DNA of 32,558 bases from the IMG/VR virus record IMGVR_UViG_3300045988_015320, positions 1 through 32,558 of that record; one strand, written 5' to 3'. The stretch is from a virus. A program made the translations under genes and the position numbers. The notes under the pieces are model-generated. The model ran no database searches, had not been told where the DNA came from, and was given only the letters and a program-made list of their open reading frames with translations. This document shows positions 6,851 through 15,059 of the stretch, in pieces (within the stretch, counting starts at the first letter, position 1; every line of letters starts with the position of its first letter).

Positions 6851-7017
6851 TTTCCCACCTCTTCCTTCGCATACTGCAACCAAACAAGAGTTTCATATAA
6901 ATCTCTTGCGTGTTTCTTGATACCGCTTAATTCATAATCGTATAGTTCATCGGATTTTTTTAAAATATCAATTTTTAAATTTTCGATAGCTAGAATAAAA
7001 TCTTTTACATCTGTCAT
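6847..7017 (-). CDS. Hypothetical 56-aa protein (not in ORF track)
   Basis: MTDVKDFILAIENLKIDILKKSDELYDYELSGIKKHARDLYETLVWLQYAKEEVGK. ATGA overlaps at both ends. Confidence 0.5.
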   Translation of the reverse strand: MTDVKDFILAIENLKIDILKKSDELYDYELSGIKKHARDLYETLVWLQYAKEEVGK

Positions 7018-7544
7018 TCTTCCACCTCCTCAATCTCAATCCCTTCACAATCGAATACCCAGCCGAAGTCAGCTTCTTCTAATTGTTTGCGGGTAAATTT
7101 AGTTCTTAATCTGCTATGTAAAAATCCTAAGAAATTCTCATCTTTAATACTTACAAGATACTGATCTACTGCTTTTAATTTCACCCAATATCGCTTTTCT
7201 TTCTCGACCTCGTAGCCGTTAAGTATAGCTTTTATCAATCTTTTTCTGTTTTCAAGTTCATTAAATTCTTCACTCAAGTCTTTTAATTCTATGTCATTGT
7301 TATCTGTTAAATAATAACCCCAGCCGACTCTTGAAACATGATATAAAGCTGTTGCAACATCAATTCTGTGGTTTAAATTAAACGTTTCAAGGAATTTTGC
7401 TTCTTCCTCAGATACTTTGACTTTTTCGGGTTCGTCTAGTTGTCTGATTAAACCTAAAACTAAATGCTTATCAATCTTTGGCCTGATAAAACCAGTATTA
7501 TTCGGCATAGCTTCGATTTTTTCAATTAGTTCTTTTTTATTCAT
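7014..7544 (-). CDS. Conserved streptococcal-phage protein (DUF1642-like)
   Basis: 176 aa. The general pattern (N-terminal MNKKELIEKIE..., C-terminal GYEVEKEKRYWVKL) is recalled from DUF1642 phage proteins. Not verified. Confidence 0.4.
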   Translation of the reverse strand: MNKKELIEKIEAMPNNTGFIRPKIDKHLVLGLIRQLDEPEKVKVSEEEAKFLETFNLNHRIDVATALYHVSRVGWGYYLTDNNDIELKDLSEEFNELENRKRLIKAILNGYEVEKEKRYWVKLKAVDQYLVSIKDENFLGFLHSRLRTKFTRKQLEEADFGWVFDCEGIEIEEVEE

Positions 7545-7725
7545 CTTCCAACTCCTTTAACTTCTTCTTATACACTTTTATCCTTTTTCTCCAAAAATCT
7601 CTTTCAGCAGCTCTTATGTGTACTGTTGATTTCTGACTTGGTTTCTTTAACTCTTCAATCTTTTCTTCAGCTGCTTCGATTGAACGTTTTAAACTCTTGA
7701 TGATATCCTGGTTAATTGTGCTCAT
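7537..7725 (-). CDS. Hypothetical coiled-coil protein
   Basis: 62 aa, highly charged, with coupled overlaps to both neighbours. Confidence 0.45.
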   Translation of the reverse strand: MSTINQDIIKSLKRSIEAAEEKIEELKKPSQKSTVHIRAAERDFWRKRIKVYKKKLKELEDE

Positions 7726-7943
7726 TCAAACACCTCTCTCAATTCCACAACTTCTTCATTGTGGACGAACGGTTCATAGGCTAATCGTCCAATACCTTTA
7801 CTATTCACACCGTCCTTTGTGTCTGTCGCATATTTCAGAAATAATGCTTTCTTACAGACATAACATCTAATAGAAATTTTATCAGGCTGTACCTTTCTGA
7901 TATAGCATTCTCCACAAAATGGACATTGTACGTCAACTTTCAT
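7722..7943 (-). CDS. Small zinc-ribbon protein
   Basis: 73 aa, with CPFCGEC ... CYVCKK. Confidence 0.5.
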   Translation of the reverse strand: MKVDVQCPFCGECYIRKVQPDKISIRCYVCKKALFLKYATDTKDGVNSKGIGRLAYEPFVHNEEVVELREVFE

Positions 7944-8247
7944 TTACTATCTCCAGCGCTTCTTCTAAACTACGAGCGACTCCTGCCTTAGCACCTCGCC
8001 CTTTAACTACTTCAATAAATTTTTTCTGTTCTGGTCGAACACGACCTTTTTCATTTTTTACTTCAATGTAAAAGATTTGTCCATCCGATCTAAAACCATA
8101 TAGGTCTGGATGTCCTTTTGGTAGTCCAGTATCGAACCACCGACCATCCATCATTCTTACTTTTCCGACATTCGTACGAAAAACCATGTGACCAGCTTTA
8201 GACAATCCAACTCTAATTTCATTTTGTACTTCTTGCTCTGATTTCAA
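7933..8247 (-). CDS. VRR-NUC domain nuclease
   Basis: SEQEVQNEIRVGL...GHPDLYGF...IEVKNEKGRVRPEQKKF matches the VRR-NUC/PD-(D/E)XK pattern. I prefer the TTG start at 8247 after GGGGAGG. The track start at 8295 (also TTG) would bury a 9-bp inverted repeat in coding sequence. Confidence 0.65.
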   Translation of the reverse strand: MKSEQEVQNEIRVGLSKAGHMVFRTNVGKVRMMDGRWFDTGLPKGHPDLYGFRSDGQIFYIEVKNEKGRVRPEQKKFIEVVKGRGAKAGVARSLEEALEIVNES

Positions 8248-8515
8248 ATTACCTCCCCAGGTTCCCGTATTGCATTTCAGAACGGGAACCAACAAAACTC
8301 AGTCATATCAAGGGTCTAGCTTGTGTTTTTGACAAAAAGTTCCCGTAGTAGTACCCGTTTCTATTTATATATATTTTATTTATTTATTTTTTATTATTTC
8401 AATAGAATAGTAATAGAACAGTGGAACCAATATAACCTAAACACTAGAACCACAAGGGTTTAAGGTGGTTCCCGTTCTCCATTTTTTAATGGAACCAAAC
8501 GGGAACTCAGGAACC
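8248..8515. promoter_or_regulatory. Putative origin of replication: iterons flanking an AT-rich unwinding element
   Basis: GTTCCCG occurs at 8261, 8339 and 8468. CGGGAAC occurs at 8283 and 8500. GGAACC-type motifs occur at 8423, 8446, 8491 and 8510. A 9-bp inverted repeat lies at 8260-8268/8282-8290. The stretch 8361-8420 is almost pure A/T. The region lies downstream of the primase-helicase gene. Confidence 0.55.
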
Positions 8516-10084
8516 TTTTTCATACCCCATTGTTGAAATTTGACTTTCATCATCCATCCAAGAAAATCCGAGATAATGTTTTGGAACATCAACCGATGGA
8601 ATGAATTTACCTAAAGGTTTAATTTTTTTCTTCACCCAATTCTCAGGAATGTTTTTCGCTAGTTGAGTTTCAAATTTACGTTTTGTTAATTTTGTAACTC
8701 CCTCATCTCTGCACCATTCCTGATACAACCACCACAAAAACCTTGAAGGGAGGCGCGTGGATTGGAATTTATCGAACCATTCATTGACGAATGCCTTGAC
8801 CGTATCATTTGATTCTTTGAAATCTTCTAAGGCTTCGAGTGATGCTTTAGGTTCAATAAATCTATCGAATGAAATTTCAAGAGCTTTCTTCAAGACATAT
8901 TCCAAGACTTCATCACGATAGATATAATCGTCTTTGATTGCCCAATTATCTTCCTTACTTGAAAATGACTTCCTAAAAGGTATAATTCCAAACCGTCTGT
9001 AAGTTCCATTGGTCTTATTCTTAAATCGTGGTAGTTCATTTGTAGACTGGATAACCGTTTTTCTAAATACTGTCGTATATGGTTGTTTGTTTTTTTCTTC
9101 GACTAAGACTGGCTCACCAGTCACGACTGAGTTAAAGTTTGAAGATTCATCTACATAGATACCAGCTTGCACATCATCCCCGATGATCACTGTTTTACCT
9201 TCAATCATAGATAATGCAAAACGCTCTGAGAATTGATTTAATTTAAGACTGGCTACATTCCTCATTCCAACAAGATTAGTAATCAGTTGCTGCACTGTAC
9301 CTTTACCGTCATTGCCTTCTCCGACAAACCAGATTGATTTTCGGTAAGAGTAATTTCCATTAAGACTAGCTGAGATAACTTGCCAGATGAGTTCTACAAG
9401 TTCTTCATCTCCACTCATGAGGTCAAGTAACCAACTATCAATATCCCACCCGTCTATTACAGGAGATTTTGCAAAGTGGTCATATTCCGTCCCAATGGTT
9501 GAGAATGCAACAAACTCATGCGTAAATCCTTGTAATTTTTTCTCTTTTTTGTCATAGATGCCATTCTTAACCAAGATAAATCGTTTAGGGTCTTTATACT
9601 CCCCGATTGAGAAATCACATGAAAAACCTTCGTGTTGATTTAATCTTGGAGTAGATGCAAGCATAAATAGAACGTTTTTTGACTTAGCTTCACTAAAGTT
9701 TGGTTCTAATAATCGGATAATCTTATAAGCAAAGCTAGGGTCTTTATGATAGTAACCATGGTCTGGATCATAAATCGCCACACGTTCATTTGGTAAGTTC
9801 ACGATGTGTAAAATCTGCTCCATGCCTTGTGCTACTGCCAATTCTGTTAAACGAGTAGGTGGGTTGTTTTTTTCTTGTCGTGTACCGTATTGTGTTTCTT
9901 CCCACTTTGCATTTTCAAGCCAATTCTCTCGATAGTTGCGACAAGCTAATCGAATTTCTCTCCAGTCGTTTGCTTTTTCAATAAACGCTGGATGTTGTAT
10001 GACTTTACTTTTGTATTCTTGTTTCACTGCTTCAATGTTCACTGCCACCTCGTCTATCCATCTCCTTTCTAACCATGCTTTCAA
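8507..10084 (-). CDS. P4/D5-type (SF3) primase-associated helicase
   Basis: 525 aa. Walker A WFVGEGNDGKGT and Walker B VIIGDDV. The start is uncertain (TTG at 10084, a 53-nt overlap with Prim-Pol). Confidence 0.7.
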   Translation of the reverse strand: MKAWLERRWIDEVAVNIEAVKQEYKSKVIQHPAFIEKANDWREIRLACRNYRENWLENAKWEETQYGTRQEKNNPPTRLTELAVAQGMEQILHIVNLPNERVAIYDPDHGYYHKDPSFAYKIIRLLEPNFSEAKSKNVLFMLASTPRLNQHEGFSCDFSIGEYKDPKRFILVKNGIYDKKEKKLQGFTHEFVAFSTIGTEYDHFAKSPVIDGWDIDSWLLDLMSGDEELVELIWQVISASLNGNYSYRKSIWFVGEGNDGKGTVQQLITNLVGMRNVASLKLNQFSERFALSMIEGKTVIIGDDVQAGIYVDESSNFNSVVTGEPVLVEEKNKQPYTTVFRKTVIQSTNELPRFKNKTNGTYRRFGIIPFRKSFSSKEDNWAIKDDYIYRDEVLEYVLKKALEISFDRFIEPKASLEALEDFKESNDTVKAFVNEWFDKFQSTRLPSRFLWWLYQEWCRDEGVTKLTKRKFETQLAKNIPENWVKKKIKPLGKFIPSVDVPKHYLGFSWMDDESQISTMGYEKGS

Positions 10085-10835
10085 ATGTTCGATCTACTTC
10101 ATCCATTGGTAAGCTGTCTGAAGTATAGTGATTTGCTATTTTTGCAAGTAAATAGACTGCATCTACATCCACTCCTCGCATTAAGAGACCACCTATAAAA
10201 CTGGCAAGAGCGTTATTTCTACCACCTTTATCACCTAAACCGAAAACGACTTGCTCGAATAATTTTGCGGTTTTACTTGAAAATTCTCCTCGACTGTAAT
10301 CGGTTGTGAAGTTAAGTGGTTCTTTTGCTTTTTTGGATGTTTGGAGGATTGCAACTATTTCTTCTGGTGCTTCAGCAATCACATCTGTTGTTTTATCCCA
10401 AACATATTTTCCTTTTGGACTATTGCTTGGTGCGACTAATACATAATTGTTTTTGTTTGCCTTGATATCAATACCAGGTTTCACACGAATATCTTGACTT
10501 AACTCAACCCCTTTTGGTTTTTTAAGAAAGATATGCTTTCCACCACTAGGGGTTGTAGCAGTCAAGGTAGTAGGTATATACTGTGACAATTCCCATTCTT
10601 TTAAAGATTCATAACCATTCTCTGTGACTGATACATCAATATCAATCACAAAGAAATCGGTTGTTCTTACTGCAATGTTTGCTTCTGGTTGCTCGTGCCA
10701 AAATCTCCTAACTTCATCCTCAGTAAATGTCCTATCTTTGAATTTAGTGATTGCACGTTTACTTTTTTTGTCGATTGGGATGACCGAGAAACCTAGTTTT
10801 TGATAATGAAGGGCATAATCTACCATCCCAACCAT
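10032..10835 (-). CDS. Bifunctional DNA primase/polymerase (Prim-Pol) N-terminal domain protein
   Basis: 267 aa. YQKLGFSVIPI ... NIAVRT ... FFVIDIDV ... GGKHIF matches the Prim-Pol pattern. Confidence 0.7.
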   Translation of the reverse strand: MVGMVDYALHYQKLGFSVIPIDKKSKRAITKFKDRTFTEDEVRRFWHEQPEANIAVRTTDFFVIDIDVSVTENGYESLKEWELSQYIPTTLTATTPSGGKHIFLKKPKGVELSQDIRVKPGIDIKANKNNYVLVAPSNSPKGKYVWDKTTDVIAEAPEEIVAILQTSKKAKEPLNFTTDYSRGEFSSKTAKLFEQVVFGLGDKGGRNNALASFIGGLLMRGVDVDAVYLLAKIANHYTSDSLPMDEVDRTFESMVRKEMDRRGGSEH

Positions 10836-10839
10836 AGGC

Positions 10840-11322
10840 TTAGAACGGTAAATCTAGATCATTGTCTTTAGTTTGCGCTGGTTCAGACGATACCGTTCCA
10901 GAATAAGGTGGTAATTCAGATTGTTCCATTTTCTTGATGTTTAAGTTATCGTAAGTCTTACCGTTATATTCTGACTGTTCATTTTTCACAGTCACTTTCA
11001 ATGTTTTGCCAGTGATAAGACCTAAGAATTGTTCGATTGTATTTACTTCAACTCCTTCAGGGATTTTAATTGCTTTAGCATATCGTTGCAAAGCCCACTC
11101 TGGATACTGAAGGGTTTGTTTATTGATCCATACCTTATCAAAGATTAGGTTATTACGGAATTTTTGTTGGAAGTCGTCACGGATTTTTAAGCGAATATCT
11201 AAGTAATCTGTTCCACTTTGACTTGCTGATTGCTCCGCTTGAACTACTACTACTTCATATGTTCCATCTTCAATAGATGAAAATTGTTCTGCTGCTTCAT
11301 AATTTACTGAAAAAAGTGCCAT
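10840..11322 (-). CDS. DUF669-like replication-module protein
   Basis: Likely start is MALFSVNYE at 11322 (GGAG 9 nt upstream, just after the helicase stop). The gene sits between the helicase and Prim-Pol, as in Sak4-type modules. Confidence 0.5.
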   Translation of the reverse strand: MALFSVNYEAAEQFSSIEDGTYEVVVVQAEQSASQSGTDYLDIRLKIRDDFQQKFRNNLIFDKVWINKQTLQYPEWALQRYAKAIKIPEGVEVNTIEQFLGLITGKTLKVTVKNEQSEYNGKTYDNLNIKKMEQSELPPYSGTVSSEPAQTKDNDLDLPF

Positions 11323-11327
11323 GTTTA

Positions 11328-12737
11328 TTATCTCCATAAATTTAATTCTTTTTGCTTGTGCCACATCCAACCTGGTTTGTAGCCATTGAGTATACGGAAC
11401 GCTTTAAGTTCCGATAAGTTCTTACATCTTGTGTATCTTTTTCCATAGGTCATTACACGACGATACACAATCGCTTCTTCTTTTTTGACCTCTATTCTTT
11501 CACCTTGAATGGTAATAAATTCCATTCCTTGATTGATTTTTTCTAATTGAACATCTGATTTCTCACGTTCAATATCCTCAATCATTTTCTTTTTAATCAC
11601 TTCTGCATTACAGTATGGACAATGACCGTCTTCTAATTGGTCTCTCCAAAACGTTGCAAAACACTCTTCACAAGTTACTGTTGACCGTTCAGATGTTTTC
11701 TTTGTCTTCTTTGTACCATCAAGAGTCCAATCTCTATCATCGTTTGGTAAACCGTGTCTAATATGATTACCTACGTGATCAATTAAAATTGCACGTTTGC
11801 CTTCTCTTGGATTTAATGCCCTCATAGCAAACTGAAGATACAAAGAAAGCGATGCAGTAGGTCGTAACATGATGCAAACATCTACGTTTGGTAGGTCAAT
11901 ACCTTCTGTAAATAGATTGACATTAACCATAATCGTTAATTGACCATCTCTAAACGCTTGCATAAGGCTCTCACGTTCGCTCTGTGGAGTTTTACCACTA
12001 ACTACACCTGATTGGTAGCCATGCTCAGAAAATCGCTTAGAAACCCTCTCAGCGTATTTTACGCTATGGGTATATACAATAGCTTGTTTTCCTTTTGCCA
12101 ATCGTTCGTAGTGGTCGATATAATCACCATATTCTGTTTTAAAATCGAGTGCTTCATCGACAGAGTGGTTGGTAAATTCTCCAGAACGTTTTTTAAGTTT
12201 AGCCATATCCAGTAGATTTACTGAATAGTAATCAAACTCTGATATATTTCCGTGTTCTTGTAACCAACGGATTGACTTTCCTACGACTAAATCATCTGCT
12301 AGATCATGAAATCCAGAGCCATCCAATCGGATTGGAGTTCCTGTAAAGAATAATTGAGTTGCATTTGTGAAGTGATTTAAAATTGTCTGATATTGTTTTG
12401 CTTTAATGTGGTGAGCTTCATCTACAAGGATTACATCTACCTCAGGCAGTTTGTTCAATCTACGTACAATACTTCCAACTGTTCCAATAATAACGTTGTC
12501 TAGGTTTACTCCTCCACGCTTAAATGTTTCGTGGACTTGCTCATTGATTTCTTTTCTATGGCTAAAAAACAGAACTTTTTTATTTTTATCGGTTGCATTT
12601 TTAGCTATGAAAGACATCACGACTGTTTTCCCTGATCGTGGTGGCGATTGTACCATGATTTTATGATTACCTGCCTTCATGGATTTGATAATGTCAATTA
12701 TCAGTTCCTTCTGGTAATCCCTGAGCAAAAAGCTCAT
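11328..12737 (-). CDS. SNF2/DEAD-box family helicase with C-terminal zinc ribbon
   Basis: 469 aa. Motif I SPPRSGKT, motif II VDEAHH, and CEEC...CPYC near the C-terminus. Confidence 0.8.
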   Translation of the reverse strand: MSFLLRDYQKELIIDIIKSMKAGNHKIMVQSPPRSGKTVVMSFIAKNATDKNKKVLFFSHRKEINEQVHETFKRGGVNLDNVIIGTVGSIVRRLNKLPEVDVILVDEAHHIKAKQYQTILNHFTNATQLFFTGTPIRLDGSGFHDLADDLVVGKSIRWLQEHGNISEFDYYSVNLLDMAKLKKRSGEFTNHSVDEALDFKTEYGDYIDHYERLAKGKQAIVYTHSVKYAERVSKRFSEHGYQSGVVSGKTPQSERESLMQAFRDGQLTIMVNVNLFTEGIDLPNVDVCIMLRPTASLSLYLQFAMRALNPREGKRAILIDHVGNHIRHGLPNDDRDWTLDGTKKTKKTSERSTVTCEECFATFWRDQLEDGHCPYCNAEVIKKKMIEDIEREKSDVQLEKINQGMEFITIQGERIEVKKEEAIVYRRVMTYGKRYTRCKNLSELKAFRILNGYKPGWMWHKQKELNLWR

Positions 12738-13395
12738 CTACCTTACACCCCTTCCTATCATCAAGACGGTTCTTAGCATATACGCTTGCAGAAGGCTGTA
12801 GGATAAACCCACGGACTTCTTCACCGTCATCTGTTGTCTTCTTAACTAGACGAGCAACCACATCGGTCAAACCGAGGAAGTTATTCAGGATTTTATTCCG
12901 AATATCTGGCATTGCCCTGTTGTAAATCATGCCATTCTCGTCTGACCATTGGTCTGATGTTTCCCATGCAGTAAAGACAATCCGTTTGTTTAACTGCAAA
13001 AGAGCTCGTAAACTATCCAAGATAGTGAAGTCAACCCTTTGGTAATCCGCCTGTGTTGGTACTCGATGGTTTTTCCCATCGCGTCCAAGATTGGCAAGGC
13101 AAGCCCTGAATAATTCCGAAACATTATCAACTACGATTGTGTCGTATGGCTTACCTGCTCCATTCAGCAGTTCTTTAACCACTGATAACCATTCATCCCA
13201 AATCTTATGCGTATCAACATCTGCAATATCAATGTTAGGATTGCCTGCTAAGACTTTTGCTGACTTATCAATATTGATAACCAATGTCTTTCCTGGAATG
13301 AATGAAATTGCAGTTGTTTTCCCAAAGCCTGGATTTCCGTAGATCAGATAACAGGCATCATTATTTGTAATTTCTGTTGCTTTAGTGATTTTCAT
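12694..13395 (-). CDS. AAA_24 / Sak4-like recombination ATPase
   Basis: MKITKATE... with Walker A YGNPGFGKTT and Walker B TIVVDNVSE. ATG at 13395 follows GGAGG. Confidence 0.7.
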   Translation of the reverse strand: MKITKATEITNNDACYLIYGNPGFGKTTAISFIPGKTLVINIDKSAKVLAGNPNIDIADVDTHKIWDEWLSVVKELLNGAGKPYDTIVVDNVSELFRACLANLGRDGKNHRVPTQADYQRVDFTILDSLRALLQLNKRIVFTAWETSDQWSDENGMIYNRAMPDIRNKILNNFLGLTDVVARLVKKTTDDGEEVRGFILQPSASVYAKNRLDDRKGCKVDELFAQGLPEGTDN

Positions 13396-13666
13396 CCTCA
13401 AATGCCTCCGTTAAAACTGAACTTGTGTCATAGCTTGCTCGAACTTGTCTTTTTTGTTCTTCCAATAGTTCTTTCACAAGTTCTTTTGGTACTTTATCTT
13501 CATACCGTTTCAATACCTCTTCCACTGCTAGATTGATTTCTTCTTCAATTTGTCTAGTGAATGAACAAGTATTGATCATCAATGAATAAGATGTCTTATC
13601 TCCAAACTTGTCTGAATAATCTGGAGCGCATACTAATTCATATTTTGAGTTGACGTAAAATCTCAC
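13382..13666 (-). CDS. Hypothetical protein
   Basis: 94 aa. GTG start overlaps the upstream stop (GTGA). Confidence 0.45.
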   Translation of the reverse strand: MRFYVNSKYELVCAPDYSDKFGDKTSYSLMINTCSFTRQIEEEINLAVEEVLKRYEDKVPKELVKELLEEQKRQVRASYDTSSVLTEAFEDENH

Positions 13667-13806
13667 CAGTCATACTCCCTTCCTTTAAATTCATTCACTA
13701 AATCCACACTTCCACACTTAGGGCATTCAATAATTGGGTAACTATCGACATACTCGAATATATTCCCACAATCACGACATCCACATTTCCAAATATATAA
13801 GTTCAT
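13663..13806 (-). CDS. Small zinc-ribbon protein, 47 aa (not in ORF track)
   Basis: MNLYIWKCGCRDCGNIFEYVDSYPIIECPKCGSVDLVNEFKGREYDW. RBS AAGGGGTGA lies 5 nt upstream. Confidence 0.55.
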   Translation of the reverse strand: MNLYIWKCGCRDCGNIFEYVDSYPIIECPKCGSVDLVNEFKGREYDW

Positions 13807-13810
13807 ACAA

Positions 13811-14101
13811 TCACCCCTTTGGATATGGTAGGGCAAGTAGTTCAGGTCTTAGCCCCTCTGGTTTTTGTGTGTCGTATGTGAATTTACGGTCACAGTTGCG
13901 AATATTCATGCGTGCAATGTTATTGAATTGGTTTCTTCCTTCCTGATAGACTTCAATAATCATTCTGTCATGTTCTTCTTGCGCTTTCTTTTTCGCTTTT
14001 GCTTTCTGCTCACTATTCGCAATCAAAAGCAACACAATGAACAAGCAAGTAATAATTGTTGCAATTCCAAAGAATTGGCTTGCTAAAGTTGGTTCTGTCA
14101 T
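13811..14101 (-). CDS. Small membrane protein
   Basis: 96 aa. N-terminal TM helix FFGIATIITCLFIVLLLIA followed by a Lys-rich segment. Confidence 0.5.
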   Translation of the reverse strand: MTEPTLASQFFGIATIITCLFIVLLLIANSEQKAKAKKKAQEEHDRMIIEVYQEGRNQFNNIARMNIRNCDRKFTYDTQKPEGLRPELLALPYPKG

Positions 14102-14102
14102 G

Positions 14103-14276
14103 TTAAACTCCTAGTAATTTTTCTAAGTCAGCAATGCGCTGATACAAAATTTTGTTTTCTTGTTGTGCTTCAATCAATTCACGGTTCAAGTCTAATGCGA
14201 CTAATCGCCAATCTTGATTGACTTCAATTTTGGTTGTTTTAAAAAACCATTTTGTAAGTTTGTCTAATAGTTTCAT
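14103..14276 (-). CDS. Hypothetical 57-aa coiled-coil protein
   Basis: Likely start is MKLLDKLTKWFF at 14276, with an ATGA overlap with the upstream ORF. The track start is 14369. Confidence 0.45.
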   Translation of the reverse strand: MKLLDKLTKWFFKTTKIEVNQDWRLVALDLNRELIEAQQENKILYQRIADLEKLLGV

Positions 14277-14581
14277 GTTAAAACTCCGAATTGTTTTTCT
14301 TTCTTTAAGTTTTCCAACATTTCTGATAGTGTTTCTTTTTTTGTTCGATAACGATTTCTGCTTTTCCATTTAACGAATAATCGAAAACCTTCGTAATTGA
14401 TAAACACTAGCTTGTGTGTTGGATTGTCAATGAATTGTTTAAAGTCTGGATGATCTCGCATTTCTTTCGCCCAGGTTTTGAGAGTTGAAACTGTCAACCC
14501 TTCCCACATCTGGCAAAGATGTTCATAATCACCATGAGTTGCTTTTTCATTTATTCCTACTGGTTTGTAGGTAATTTCCAT
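14273..14581 (-). CDS. Hypothetical early protein (possibly excisionase/DNA-binding-like)
   Basis: 102 aa. RBS is AGAGAGGAAAAG. The functional guess rests only on size and position in the early operon. Confidence 0.3.
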   Translation of the reverse strand: MEITYKPVGINEKATHGDYEHLCQMWEGLTVSTLKTWAKEMRDHPDFKQFIDNPTHKLVFINYEGFRLFVKWKSRNRYRTKKETLSEMLENLKKEKQFGVLT

Positions 14582-14599
14582 AGCTTTTCCTCTCTTTCT

Positions 14600-14660
14600 G
14601 TGATATAATTAAATTGAAAATTTTAGTAAGTGCCTGATTTCTGTCAGGTGCTTTTTGTTT
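14600..14660 (+). ncRNA. Candidate ~45-nt plus-strand small RNA (promoter plus terminator unit)
   Basis: Extended -10 GTGATATAAT (14600-14609) is identical to the repressor promoter. Hairpin GUGCCUGA-UUUCUG-UCAGGUGC (14630-14651) is followed by UUUUUGUUU. It pairs well only in plus-strand RNA. No ORF is present. Confidence 0.35.
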
Positions 14661-14832
14661 AAAAACCTTGCATTTCAGTAATGGACTGACCTCGTATGAT
14701 AATCTTGTCTTCTTTAAAAGTAAGACTTGATTTATCCAACTTGATATAAACTGCCTTGATGCGATTGCATTTTATTGCTGAGTTATCAAGGCTTTTTCTT
14801 TTCCCGCTATACGGATATCGGTTTGGTTTCAT
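14659..14832 (-). CDS. Hypothetical 57-aa protein with N-terminal PNRYPY motif (not in ORF track)
   Basis: MKPNRYPYSGKRKSLDNSAIKCNRIKAVYIKLDKSSLTFKEDKIIIRGQSITEMQGF. RBS AAGGAG lies 6 nt upstream. Confidence 0.5.
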   Translation of the reverse strand: MKPNRYPYSGKRKSLDNSAIKCNRIKAVYIKLDKSSLTFKEDKIIIRGQSITEMQGF

Positions 14833-14844
14833 ATTTGCTCCTTT

Positions 14845-15039
14845 CTAGTTTTTAGAAGTCTTCAATTCTAGCACTTCGTAAAAATAGATCTTGGCAAAGT
14901 GTTTAGCGTTGTAATACTCAATGTATTCTCTAATTACTGCGCCATATCTCCGACGGCTTGAGATTATTAGTTCTATTATGAACTCGCTCAAGTCCCCATT
15001 TGGGCGTTCCTTGAACATTTTTACTGTCGCTGTTTTCAT
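14845..15039 (-). CDS. Hypothetical early protein
   Basis: 64 aa, the first gene after cro. RBS is AAAGGAG. Confidence 0.5.
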   Translation of the reverse strand: MKTATVKMFKERPNGDLSEFIIELIISSRRRYGAVIREYIEYYNAKHFAKIYFYEVLELKTSKN

Positions 15040-15059
15040 TTTGACTCCTTTCTAACTTC

